Shown: positions 49,878 through 60,488 of the stretch, one piece after another | Layout: the number at the start of each line of letters is the position of its first letter | Numbering within the stretch: position 1 is the first letter of the stretch | Assembly: GCA_965249485.1 (NCBI GenBank) | Contig: OZ252239.1 | Location: 608,001-672,000 of the forward strand | DNA: 64,000 bases | Direction: 5' to 3' | Source of the DNA: a bacterium | GTDB taxonomy: Bacteria; SM23-31 | Notes under the pieces: model-generated | The model's database searches: none | The model's input: the letters and a program-made list of their open reading frames with translations, nothing else | What the model was told of the DNA's origin: nothing | Program-made: the position numbers and the translations under genes

Positions 49878-51650
49878 TCAGCTCATACATTCGCCGGGAC
49901 CGGTATTGACAATAAAATCCGTATCTTCACCGATGTCGGTATAATATTCGGGGGCTTCCTCGTAACTCGGAACAAGCGCAAGATCCTGCAAATGCTCTTT
50001 AAAGCTCCGTGGACCGACCCGCTTTACATAATCCCAAAAAGTTTCTTCTTCGTTCCGTTCTGACAAGAAGCGTTTTACAATTCTCATAACTGCCTCGGAT
50101 CCTCGCTTAGCGGGGATTTTCATAACAATATCCCCATAATCCTGCAAACCGGAATTGATACCGCCGCCGATAAACAAAATATAATGTGGTGCAAGTCGTC
50201 CTTTGACCTTTCTGACCGCACCGTGGAGCCCGATTGAAGCAACATGGTGTTGACCACACGAATTCGGACAGCCGCTGATTTTAACACGGAGGTCGCGTAA
50301 AATCTTGCTCCATCCGCTGTTTTCACGGAAAAAGGTGGTTAATTCGCTTCCCAGTGCTCGTGAATGAGTTATACCTAATTGACAGGTATCGGCACCGGGA
50401 CATGCAGTTACGTTTCCGATTGAATCAGCACCGGGCGTTTCAAGACCTGCCTTTTTAAGGTCACTATAAAGATGCATCAAGTCGTCTGTTTTTATCCATC
50501 TGAGAATTATGTCTTGTGTCGCAGATGTCCGGACTGTACCATCTGAATAGGTTTCAGAAATTTTTGCGAGTGCATAATACTGTTCCGATGTTATATCACC
50601 GATTACCGGGTTTACATAGACAATATTATACCCCTTCTGTTTTTGATGGGATATGTTTGTCTGTCTCCAAAAATCAAATTCATGCTGGGCAATATTACTA
50701 ACATCGGGTTTCTCAGTTACATTATACTCTGGGGGTTCTTCATCATAAAGTTCAACTTCGGGAACTTCTGTCCCTTTGGGAAACAGCCGGTCGCGCTCTT
50801 TATAAACATGCTTTTTGAAATCCTGAAAACCGAGTTTCCACAAAACATATTTCATCCGTGCGCGTTTTCTATTGATGTGATCACCATGCTTGTCGAATAC
50901 GGAAATAATCGCTGCGGATACCTGAATAAACTGCTCAACCGGCAAAAATTCTTCGAACACGTCCGCTACACGGGTATGTGCACCGAGTCCGCCGCCGATG
51001 TAGACTTTAAATCCCCGCCGTTCAGAACCGTTTTCGCCTATTGTCGTTGCTACAAATCCAATATCATGTATCCAAGGAATGATTCCGTCTCTGTCGGCAT
51101 CGGCACCGGAAAAAGAAATTTTGAACTTCCGGGGAAGCTTTGATGTAATTTCGTTACGCATCAGATATTTCGTTAGCGTGAGCAGATACGGAGTAATGTC
51201 AAAGGCTTCTTCCCGCGAAACACCGGCAACCGGCGATCCGACAACATTCCTTACAGTATTGCCGCACGCCTCTCGTGTCGTCAATCCTGTTTCGGCAAGC
51301 TTTTTCATCACCTGTGGAACCGTTTCTATTTTTACCCAGTGGTACTGTATATCCTGCCGGGTCGTTACATGGCCGAGACCATCAGCATATTCAGCAGCAA
51401 CATAGCCGATCGTTCTGAGCTGTTCCGATGCAAGAATGCCACCCGGAATCTTAACGCGAATCATGTTCAGACCAGGCTGGTCTATACGCTGACCGTATAT
51501 ACCCCGCTTCAAGCGGAAGCTTCTGAATTCATCATCAGAAACCTCGCCGTTTTTTAACTTCTCGAGCATTACTTTGAATTCTTTGATATCCTCATGTAGA
51601 TCTTCTGCTGTATCAACAGCAAAACGTGGATAATCTAATTGTATGTCCAT
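49878..51650 (-). CDS. Sulfite/nitrite reductase hemoprotein (siroheme-4Fe4S)
   Basis: TTRQDIQ, LPRKFK, ACPGADTCQLG, SGCPNSC; context with cysH and cysG indicates sulfite reductase. Confidence 0.93.
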   Translation of the reverse strand: MDIQLDYPRFAVDTAEDLHEDIKEFKVMLEKLKNGEVSDDEFRSFRLKRGIYGQRIDQPGLNMIRVKIPGGILASEQLRTIGYVAAEYADGLGHVTTRQDIQYHWVKIETVPQVMKKLAETGLTTREACGNTVRNVVGSPVAGVSREEAFDITPYLLTLTKYLMRNEITSKLPRKFKISFSGADADRDGIIPWIHDIGFVATTIGENGSERRGFKVYIGGGLGAHTRVADVFEEFLPVEQFIQVSAAIISVFDKHGDHINRKRARMKYVLWKLGFQDFKKHVYKERDRLFPKGTEVPEVELYDEEPPEYNVTEKPDVSNIAQHEFDFWRQTNISHQKQKGYNIVYVNPVIGDITSEQYYALAKISETYSDGTVRTSATQDIILRWIKTDDLMHLYSDLKKAGLETPGADSIGNVTACPGADTCQLGITHSRALGSELTTFFRENSGWSKILRDLRVKISGCPNSCGQHHVASIGLHGAVRKVKGRLAPHYILFIGGGINSGLQDYGDIVMKIPAKRGSEAVMRIVKRFLSERNEEETFWDYVKRVGPRSFKEHLQDLALVPSYEEAPEYYTDIGEDTDFIVNTGPGECMS

Positions 51651-51708
51651 AGTATCTATCTTTTTTCTGTTATTTGTTCAAATATAATGAGAGTGATTTA
51701 TAGGTATT

Positions 51709-51741
51709 AAAAAACCCTTCAATCTGTGGCTTGAAGGGTTT
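51709..51741 (-). terminator. Attenuator terminator upstream of sulfite reductase operon
   Basis: AAACCCTTCAA-GCCACAGA-TTGAAGGGTTT then TTT (U6), 58 nt before the sulfite reductase ATG and on the same strand. Confidence 0.9.
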
Positions 51742-51765
51742 CGGAAATTTCGTATTTACATAAAC

Positions 51766-51858
51766 CTACCCATGCCACTGCCTTATACAAGGCATACAAA
51801 TGCAACAACACATGCAGCATGCTGTAATGTTCAACATATGTAGGTTTAAACGTGTCAT
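51766..51858 (-). CDS. Cys-rich leader peptide (30 aa) MTRLNLHMLNITACCMCCCICMPCIRQWHG
   Basis: 7 Cys codons within codons 14-24; lies between a sigma70-type promoter and the terminator. Confidence 0.85.
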   Translation of the reverse strand: MTRLNLHMLNITACCMCCCICMPCIRQWHG

Positions 51859-51888
51859 GATAGTTTGGTGAGTAAATTTAGAGTAGAC

Positions 51889-51917
51889 AGTTTAAGCATT
51901 AATATTTTAAAATGCAA
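51889..51917 (-). promoter_or_regulatory. Sigma70-type promoter for leader and cys operon
   Basis: TTGCAT-N17-TAAACT. Confidence 0.65.
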
Positions 51918-52170
51918 GGCCTTTTTATGTCATAAGCACCAGTGTTCTATTATAATTCTGCCTGCTTACACATACAAACATATTATTTGATTTTAATAGT
52001 TCCATTATAATCACTTTATGCTATTTATTTTGTACTTTTTATCAGATTAATATATATTAGACATTAATACCTTTACAATATTTTTTAGTTTATGATTCAA
52101 TGTATCTTTCTTATTGCTATGTTTCATCATACTAAACAGTTACTATTCAATTTAAGGAGTGTAATGTCCA

Positions 52171-54082
52171 ATGAGTTTACCTTTAAACGAACTTGAACAA
52201 AAACTCAAATCTCAACGGAAAAATTCGAAAGAAAAAGTTGAGACTTTGATAGATATTGCCTGGCAATCTGTTGACAGAGGTTATTCAAAAACCTTAACCA
52301 TGCGGGCGCTACGAATCTCAAAACAACTGAACTACCTCCGCGGTATAGGTTTAGCATATCGGAACTTAGGTATGATTCACGGTATGCTATCAGAAATTGA
52401 GCAGTTATATACAAAAATTTATAGAGCGCTCGACATCTTTGAAGAACTGGATGATATTGAAGGAAAAGGTACCTGCATATTTATTATCGGTTTAGCACAT
52501 TGGAATATGGGTGATTACGATACTGGTTTCCGGTATATTCAGGAATCGATGGACAATGTTACAAAGCTGGATGACAAAGAAATGGAAGGGTGGGTCCTCT
52601 ATACACTGGGAAACTGTTATTACGACTTACATGATTATAAGCAGGCTCTGCAAATGTACCAAAAAGCACTTTTACGGAACACTGATAATCAATTACGGGT
52701 CGGCGAAGCACGCTGTTATTCCGGCATTGGTTCAGTGTATCAGCAGATGGAAAAATATGATAAAGCGCTCGAATATCACTTCAAAAGCCTTGCATTAAAC
52801 AGGAAGAACCGTCAACCAAACGGTGAATCAAGATCGTTGAACGACATTGGTATGGTCTATCAGTTAACCGGAGAATTTAAAAAGTCTCTCAAGTATCATA
52901 AGGAGAGTTTGAATTTACGGGAAAATATGAGTTATAAACAGGGGATTTCAACATCGCTGCTCGATTTAGGATCGTTATACCTTAAACAGAAAAAGTTTTC
53001 AAATGCTGAGAAGTACTTCAAACAGGGGCTTGTCCTGTCGCGGGAGATTCAGGCTAAACCGAAAGTGCTTGCCGCTCATAAACACCTCTCTGACCTCTAT
53101 AAGGAGCAGGGCAATTTTGAGAAAGCTCTCAATCATTACAAATTATATAGAGAAGCCGAGCGGGAAGTGCTAAACGAGTCGTCAAATCAAAAACTCACCA
53201 GCATGAAAGCATCCCATGATGTTGAATCATCTAAAAAAGAGGCGGAAATATTCCGGCTCAAAAATGTGGCATTGAAAGAAAAAAACAGTGCGTTAAATAA
53301 AGCGTTGAAGGAGTTGAAAGCCGCACAGGCACAACTGATCCAGTCAGAAACGATGGCCTCGCTCGGAAAGATTACCGCAGGTATTACACACGAGATTAAC
53401 AGCCCCATTGGCGTCATAAAGAGTACTTCAGACACTCTTTCTCGAAGTTTTAAAAAAATATCCCAATCGATCGAGACAAGCTCAACCATTGACGACCTGA
53501 TGAATAATAAGGTGTTCGAAAAATCCTTCACTACAATAAAAAACAATCTTGTTGTTACATCAGACGCAAGTAAGCAGGATTGAATCATTGATCAATAGTC
53601 TCAAAAATTTTTCCCGATTGGACGAAGCCGATTATCAGGTAGCGGATCTTCACGAGGGAATCGAAAGCACCCCTACTTTTTTGTCACCAAAAATTAACGA
53701 CAGAATTTCCATATACAAAGAGTTCGGTGATTTGCCTAAAATAGCCTGTTATCCTCTCGAGATCAATCAAGTTTTTATGAATATTATCGGTAATTCTGTC
53801 GAAGCTATCGAAAGGCGCGGAGAAATAACGATAAAGACTTTTTCCGATGAAAAAAATGTTTTTATTTCAATATCAGATAGCGGTGCAGGTATTCCACATA
53901 AGGATATGAAGAAGATATTTGAGCCTGAATTCCGCACTAAAAAGAGCCGGATTGGGCTCGGAATGGGGTTGTACACTTCACATAATATAATTCTGAGGCA
54001 CAAAGGAACATTGGATATTGAAAGTCAGGTTGGAAAGGGTACTTCAACTACTATTTCACTTCCCAAAAAATTCAGAAATTAA
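52171..54082 (+). CDS. TPR-repeat sensor histidine kinase, split by a +1 frameshift near 53575
   Basis: Multiple TPRs and H-box AGITHEINSPIG in the first ORF; RIESLINSLKNFSRLDE, NQVFMNIIGN, DSGAG and GLGMGL in the +1 frame. Confidence 0.9.
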
Positions 54083-54096
54083 GTATTTAGCTGCTT

Positions 54097-55224
54097 TTAT
54101 TTGACATCCGGCGTGTAGACCACCTTGCTGCTTCCGGAGTCTTCTGAGCGTTCAAAGGCTAGTTCGATGAGCTGTGTTATAAGTCCCTGATAGGAAAGGC
54201 CGCTTGCTTCCCAGAGTTTCGGGTACATGCTGATCGAAGTAAATCCTGGCAGAGTATTCAGCTCGTTAACAAAGACTTCATCGGTTGTACGATCGACTAA
54301 AAAATCAACCCGTGCCATACCCGCGCAATCGACTGCCTTGTATGCCTGAATTGCAAGATCTTGTATTAGTTGCGCAGTTTTGTCCGGAAATTCAGCTGGT
54401 ATAATCAATTCCGATGTATCATCAATATATTTTGCGTTATAATCATAAAATTCATTCGAGGGGATAATTTCACCGGGCACAGATACTTTCGGCTCGTCGT
54501 TACCGAGAACCGAACATTCTATTTCACGTGCATCGACCGCTTTTTCAACCACAATTTTTCTGTCGTATTCAGCTGCTGTATTAAACGCTTTTTCAAAATC
54601 TGCAACATTTTCAACTTTTGTTACACCGACGCTTGAACCGGTATTCGACGGCTTCGCAAAGCAGGGAAATCCAATGGTATGTTCCACCATTTTTGCGATA
54701 CCCGCTTTGTCGTTCTTCAACGCTTTACGCAAAAAATACTCAAAAGGGGGTGTGGGAATATTGCTGCTTATAAACACTTGCTTCATCAACACTTTGTCCA
54801 TACAGACTGCTGATGAAGCCACACCTGCACCGACATAAGGAATTCCTGCCATTTCCAGCAATCCCTGCAGTGTTCCATCTTCACCATAGGGTCCATGAAG
54901 AACCGGAAATACAACATCCAGTTTTTTGAGGAATCGTGTGATTTCTGTTTCGCTGCCGGAAGTTACTGCCACAAGACAGCCGTCTGCGGGTGTTGTGGGC
55001 AAATAGAGCATTTCATGATACTGCGGCTGTTTTCCGTTAAGAAGGTTTTGAGCGTCATCGCCGGCAACCCAATTTCCACTATGGGTGATGCCGATACATT
55101 CCACATCATATTTTGCAGTATCTATATGCTGTAGAATTGATCTGGCTGATGAAAGTGAAACTTCGTGCTCGCGGGATCGTCCTCCGAACAGAATGCCGAC
55201 ACGAATTTTTGAGCTGTTTGTCAT
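54097..55224 (-). CDS. ddl: D-alanine--D-alanine ligase
   Basis: GGRSREHEVS, LHGPYGEDG, GSSVG, NELNTLPG. Confidence 0.97.
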   Translation of the reverse strand: MTNSSKIRVGILFGGRSREHEVSLSSARSILQHIDTAKYDVECIGITHSGNWVAGDDAQNLLNGKQPQYHEMLYLPTTPADGCLVAVTSGSETEITRFLKKLDVVFPVLHGPYGEDGTLQGLLEMAGIPYVGAGVASSAVCMDKVLMKQVFISSNIPTPPFEYFLRKALKNDKAGIAKMVEHTIGFPCFAKPSNTGSSVGVTKVENVADFEKAFNTAAEYDRKIVVEKAVDAREIECSVLGNDEPKVSVPGEIIPSNEFYDYNAKYIDDTSELIIPAEFPDKTAQLIQDLAIQAYKAVDCAGMARVDFLVDRTTDEVFVNELNTLPGFTSISMYPKLWEASGLSYQGLITQLIELAFERSEDSGSSKVVYTPDVK

Positions 55225-57020
55225 GAAGTCTTCGTCTTTTTTGCTTTGGCAATCAAGAGACCCAATTCTTCAAGCTGCTCTTTATCGATCTCGGATGGTG
55301 TTTCGACCATGGGACAGAATGCTTTATTTGTTTTCGGAAATGCAATCACTTCGCGGATCGACTGCTTTTCTGCAAGGAGCATGGCAATCCTATCGAAGCC
55401 GAGTGCGATTCCGCCGTGGGGAGGCGCACCAAAATCAAATGCTTCGAGCAAAAAGCCGAACTTTTTCAGGGCTGATTCGCGGTCGATGCCGAGGGCATCG
55501 AAAACTTTTTCCTGAACATCTCTTTTATGGATACGAATACTGCCACTTCCAAGTTCATACCCATTCAGGACAATATCATAGGCGCGGGATCGGACTCGTG
55601 CCGGATCTCTTTTCAAATATTCAAGGTCTTCCATAACAGGAGATGTGAATGGATGGTGTGTTGACAGGTATCTGCCCGACTCTTCATCATATTCGAAGAG
55701 AGGAAATTCGGTCACCCATGTGAAGCAGAACCGTCCTTTTGGTGGAATCTCAAACTTACGGATAAGCTCAAGCCGCAACTTCCCAAGCACATCCAAAGTT
55801 GTTTTCCGTTTGTCTGCGACGAGAAAAACAACATCACCGATCCTTGCATCCATTTTCTCCATGATCAATTTCGAGTGCTCTTCGGAGAGAAACTTGGCAA
55901 CAGGCCCCTGAAATCCGTCTTCATTGATTTTGAGTGTCACAAGCCCTTTTGCGCCTTCGTCAGTGGCACATTTGGTAATATCGTCAACCATTTTTCTCGA
56001 AATATCGAGCTTCTCTTTCAGTACTAATCCGGAAACGATGCCCCCGTTTTTGACTACATCTGAAAATACTTGAAAATCGGATTTTTTTGCAATATCGCTG
56101 ATATCAACCAGCTGCATATCCCAGCGGGTATCCGGCTTGTCACTCCCGTATCGCTCCATCGCTTCATTATACGACAATCTCAAAATCGGAGTTGCTATTT
56201 CAAGATCATGGACATCACGCATCAGTTTGATAAACATACCGTCTATAATGGAATAAATATCTTCTTCATCAATGAATGACATTTCCAGGTCAATCTGTGT
56301 GAATTCGGGCTGCCTGTCCGCACGGAGATCTTCATCGCGAAAACATCTCACAATCTGTATATATTTATCGAGACCTGCCACCATGAGAATTTGTTTGTAC
56401 GTCTGCGGTGACTGCGGGAGAGCGTAGAAGCTTCCGGGAAACACTCTGCTCGGAACAAGATAATCCCGGGCACCTTCAGGCGTGCTTTTCATGAGCATCG
56501 GTGTCTCAATTTCAAGAAATCCCTGCCCGTCGAAATAATTTCTGACAGACTGATAGCACGAGTGCCTGAGAATTATATTTTTTTGCATGACCTCCCTTCG
56601 GAGATCGAGATAGCGCCATTTTAACCTTATATCTTCCGATATCTCTCCCGATTCGCTGACAGAAAATGGTGTCACTTTGCTCTCATTCAAAATTTGTATT
56701 TCATCAGCAGCTACCTCGATCATACCAGTAGCAAGCTTTTTGTTTACCATATCATCGGGACGTGCTTCAACTACTCCCCGTGCCGCAAGTACAAATTCAC
56801 GTCTGAGTTCTTTGGCCATACCGTGTGCTTCCGGATCCTTGCTCAGGTCAAAAACAATTTGTGTTATTCCATATCTGTCGCGCAGGTCAATAAACCGTAC
56901 ACCGCCGTGGTCCCGCCAGTTGTCGATCCAGCCATTTAGTGTAACTATTTTTCCGATATCGTCTACTTTGAGATCACCACATGTGTGTGTTCTCTTAAAA
57001 AATGTATCCTGCATATTCAC
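55221..57020 (-). CDS. aspS: Aspartate--tRNA ligase
   Basis: RTHTCG, RDHGG, TPEGARDY, FRDEDLRADRQPEF, PPHGGIALGFDR. Confidence 0.98.
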   Translation of the reverse strand: MNMQDTFFKRTHTCGDLKVDDIGKIVTLNGWIDNWRDHGGVRFIDLRDRYGITQIVFDLSKDPEAHGMAKELRREFVLAARGVVEARPDDMVNKKLATGMIEVAADEIQILNESKVTPFSVSESGEISEDIRLKWRYLDLRREVMQKNIILRHSCYQSVRNYFDGQGFLEIETPMLMKSTPEGARDYLVPSRVFPGSFYALPQSPQTYKQILMVAGLDKYIQIVRCFRDEDLRADRQPEFTQIDLEMSFIDEEDIYSIIDGMFIKLMRDVHDLEIATPILRLSYNEAMERYGSDKPDTRWDMQLVDISDIAKKSDFQVFSDVVKNGGIVSGLVLKEKLDISRKMVDDITKCATDEGAKGLVTLKINEDGFQGPVAKFLSEEHSKLIMEKMDARIGDVVFLVADKRKTTLDVLGKLRLELIRKFEIPPKGRFCFTWVTEFPLFEYDEESGRYLSTHHPFTSPVMEDLEYLKRDPARVRSRAYDIVLNGYELGSGSIRIHKRDVQEKVFDALGIDRESALKKFGFLLEAFDFGAPPHGGIALGFDRIAMLLAEKQSIREVIAFPKTNKAFCPMVETPSEIDKEQLEELGLLIAKAKKTKTS

Positions 57021-57106
57021 TTTCCGCCTGTATCACGTTCAAACTTAAAATGTACCAAAAATAAATCACATATTCCACAGGAATAATCTACACATCAGGC
57101 ATGTAC

Positions 57107-59122
57107 CTACCGTATCAAAACCATCTTTTGTGTCTCGCTGAAACCCGGTGCTTGAAAGCGGTAAAAATAAATTCCCGATGACACTACTGTCCCTGCATCA
57201 TTACTCCCATCCCATCGTATTCTGTGCTCACCCGCGCTTAATGGGCCATTATTGAGCGTTTTGATGTGACGACCAAGAGCATCATAAATCATTAGCGACA
57301 CAGATGCGTTATGTTGCAGTCCCACTGTTATAATCGTTGACGCATTAAATGGATTGGGAAAATTGTTAGCGAGCGTAAATTCTACAGGAATCGTGACGTC
57401 GACATCTTCCTCCCGCTGCACATTCATGCTTCCTGATACAAATGTAAATATATTTCCTGATTCCGGAAATTCAGAATCGTTCCCATCACCATCCGAGGCG
57501 CTCATGAAAAATTTGACTCGTTGGCCAGTACTTGCCGGGATCACGGCGGAAAAAGAAGTTTCATCGTCCTGTGTCATGGCAATTTCTGTAAAATCGGATC
57601 CTGTCCCGAAGTTGTATTGGAGTTTTACTGAAGATGCATTAACACTGAGCGACGATAAAATCTTTGTCGAAATCTTATCTCCGCCTGAGACATTTTCGAT
57701 ATCCGCCACATTGCTGAATGCAGGCCCGAATGAACTCAGAGCATCAAGTGTATTAATTATTCCCCAGCCAAACTGATTGTCGGGATTACCATTTCTGCTT
57801 GCGGTCTCTTTTAGCGCTGTCATAACCTCAAAAGCGGTCGCCTCAGGCTGGGCAGACATGATGAGTGCCGCAGCACCCGCAGTGAGCGGACAAGAAAAAG
57901 ATGTACCGTTAACAAACGAGTAAGAATTTTGTGTTCCGGCAGTTGCCACGATAACCGACACTCCCATTGCTACAACATCGGGTTTAATTCTTCCATCCGC
58001 AGTTGGTCCGCGAGAGCTAAACGATGCTAATGAACCGGTTGATGTCACTGCCCCAACTGCGAGGACCGAATCACCATCCGCCGGAGCGCTGATTATTCCC
58101 CATGCATCGTTCCCCTCGTTTCCTGCAGAATTGACAATCAATAATCCTTTTGAAGCACCGATATCGGCAGCACGGGTTGTCACCGCAGTGTTACCGTCCA
58201 TATCAGCCTGTGTGTAAAATGAAACATCGTCGAATTCCGAATAACCGAGCGAGCTCGATACAATATCGACACCGACGCTGTCCAGCCACTCAAGGCCAGC
58301 GACCCAATAATCTTCTTCTATGGCACGTTCACCATTGTTATCTTCTGTTTTCGCCAGAGCAAATTGCGCGTCATACGCTGAGCCGATTAGACTTCCCTCA
58401 GCATAACCGGCAATAGTCGAGAAGGTGTTTGTTCCGTGATTTTGCTGAGTGGAAAGATCCTGACCGTTCTCATTCGATGTATTTCCATCATTATTGATGA
58501 AGTCGTATTCGGCAATAACTTCGGCGTTGACGATCGCATTATGCTCAAGATTAAATCCGGTGTCGAGCATGCCGATCAAAACTTTTTTTCCCGTAATGCC
58601 TGCTTGATGTACATCCAGTGCCCCAATCGCATCAATCTGTGTCAATGATGCTCCGTAGAGCTGGGGTACATCGCCTGTGTATCCCGATTTTGAACTACGT
58701 GCTGCAGGAGTGGGTTCCGGAACCGGGATGGTGGCAACTCTTCTGATTTCCCGAACAAAATCGAAACTCTCAATTTGCTGCAGTTGCTCATCTGTAAACT
58801 TAAAAGAAGCACCGTTAAGCCATTTCGATATGGTGACAAGCTCGCCACCGACTGCGGTAATTCGATTGAGATAGAGTTGTGATACCGGAAGGTCTGTTTC
58901 ATGGATCAGGTGGTCACTGTTTGTTTTTAACCGCCGTTTGATCGCCCGGTCGCTCACTATTGTTCTAAGTGTAAAAATATCCTGAGCCGTTTTCAGGTGT
59001 TGTGACGAATCTTTGTCATTGAAAAACACCCAATATTTTACCGGGGTAGGATCATTCGAGGGTGTCAGTGCAACCGAAACGAAGCACAGAAACGTAAGCA
59101 CTACTATTCTCTTTATGTTCAT
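57107..59122 (-). CDS. Secreted S8 subtilisin-like serine protease with C-terminal NPFN/FlgD-Ig (T9SS-type sorting-like) domain
   Basis: LDTG, HGT and GTSFSCP triad; LANNFPNPFN...WDG...SGIYFY. Confidence 0.93.
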   Translation of the reverse strand: MNIKRIVVLTFLCFVSVALTPSNDPTPVKYWVFFNDKDSSQHLKTAQDIFTLRTIVSDRAIKRRLKTNSDHLIHETDLPVSQLYLNRITAVGGELVTISKWLNGASFKFTDEQLQQIESFDFVREIRRVATIPVPEPTPAARSSKSGYTGDVPQLYGASLTQIDAIGALDVHQAGITGKKVLIGMLDTGFNLEHNAIVNAEVIAEYDFINNDGNTSNENGQDLSTQQNHGTNTFSTIAGYAEGSLIGSAYDAQFALAKTEDNNGERAIEEDYWVAGLEWLDSVGVDIVSSSLGYSEFDDVSFYTQADMDGNTAVTTRAADIGASKGLLIVNSAGNEGNDAWGIISAPADGDSVLAVGAVTSTGSLASFSSRGPTADGRIKPDVVAMGVSVIVATAGTQNSYSFVNGTSFSCPLTAGAAALIMSAQPEATAFEVMTALKETASRNGNPDNQFGWGIINTLDALSSFGPAFSNVADIENVSGGDKISTKILSSLSVNASSVKLQYNFGTGSDFTEIAMTQDDETSFSAVIPASTGQRVKFFMSASDGDGNDSEFPESGNIFTFVSGSMNVQREEDVDVTIPVEFTLANNFPNPFNASTIITVGLQHNASVSLMIYDALGRHIKTLNNGPLSAGEHRIRWDGSNDAGTVVSSGIYFYRFQAPGFSETQKMVLIR

Positions 59123-59201
59123 AGTTTATATCATTATTTATTGCTATTTCTACTTGTATCGGCCGATATTTTCATCAGTATAACGTCCGAACAGATATAT
59201 T

Positions 59202-60467
59202 TTATCTCCAGACCAGCCATATCACGATCGATCCGGCAAGTGTCGCGGCAAGTGTAAAAGGTATTCCAATTTTTGCAAATGACCAGAACGAAACCGAATA
59301 TCCTTCTTTTTTAAGTATACCTACCGAAACGATATTTGCAGCAGCGCCGATTGGGGTTATATTTCCCCCCATGCACGTCCCGATTAAAAGGCCAAATACC
59401 AGCAGATATTCCGAGCCTATTTCGATTCCCATCTGGTACGTAATCGGAATCATAAGTGTAATGAATGGAACGTTATCGATAAACGCAGATACTACAACTG
59501 AAAAGAGCACAATAAATATAAAGTTTAGCGCTATATCTGAACCAAGGTAAAGAACGAAAACATTTTTTAATTCGGTAATAAGTCCCGCATGTTCAAATGC
59601 GTTGACAAGAACAAATATACCGGCAAGAAACAGCGTCGTATCCCAGTCGTAATGTTTGAGAATTCTTACTGATTCACTTTTGTCGAAATTGAAACCCCAT
59701 ACGATTGTGATGGCGGCACACACCATGCAAACAACTCCGCTGAGCCACATGAATTCAGGATCGAAAATTGGTGCAATGGCAAGTCCGACAATCATTGCAC
59801 AGAGCAGCACCGTGGGAGACCAACTTAGCACTTTGTCTTCAGGAACATCTTTAACCGGATCTTTGTTACCAGAGAACAATGCCCAGAGAACTAATATAGA
59901 AGCCACAGCCCCAAATTCAACAGCAAAAAATATCCCGGGATTACCATGAAACACAAAAAAATCGTTAAAATTCATTTTGAGCTGACCGGCAAGAATCATA
60001 CTTGGCGGATCACCGATCAGTGTTGCCGTTCCCTGAAGGTTGCTCGAAATTGCGATTCCGATAATAACCGGCACAGGTGATATTTCCAGCTTTTTAATAA
60101 TTTCGAGAGCAATAGGTGCAACGATCAGCACAACCGCGACGTTTTCGATAAAGATCGATAGAAATCCCGACATTATACAGACACGGAGCATTGCCGATCC
60201 AGCACTGCTTGATCTCCCTATAATAAAATCCGAAAGATATGCAGGAACCCGGGAAAAGGCAAAATATTCAGCTACAATCAGCGTTCCGGCAAATATTCCA
60301 ATTACATTCCAATGGACTTTTGTTATTACATTTATTAACGGGCTTGCTCCGAGTATTACAATTATAAAAATACCGCACCATAATGCTATGGCACGGTTGT
60401 GTTTAAATAAAATTAAGTAGAGGTAAACAAGTATAAATATTGAAAGAACAATAACTTTTTCATTCAT
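59202..60467 (-). CDS. ArsB/NhaD/CitMHS-family ion transporter
   Basis: IENV, SSNLQGTATLIGDPP, IDNVP, GGNITPIGAAAN. Confidence 0.88.
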   Translation of the reverse strand: MNEKVIVLSIFILVYLYLILFKHNRAIALWCGIFIIVILGASPLINVITKVHWNVIGIFAGTLIVAEYFAFSRVPAYLSDFIIGRSSSAGSAMLRVCIMSGFLSIFIENVAVVLIVAPIALEIIKKLEISPVPVIIGIAISSNLQGTATLIGDPPSMILAGQLKMNFNDFFVFHGNPGIFFAVEFGAVASILVLWALFSGNKDPVKDVPEDKVLSWSPTVLLCAMIVGLAIAPIFDPEFMWLSGVVCMVCAAITIVWGFNFDKSESVRILKHYDWDTTLFLAGIFVLVNAFEHAGLITELKNVFVLYLGSDIALNFIFIVLFSVVVSAFIDNVPFITLMIPITYQMGIEIGSEYLLVFGLLIGTCMGGNITPIGAAANIVSVGILKKEGYSVSFWSFAKIGIPFTLAATLAGSIVIWLVWR

Positions 60468-60488
60468 AAGTAATATAATTTTTGCCTG

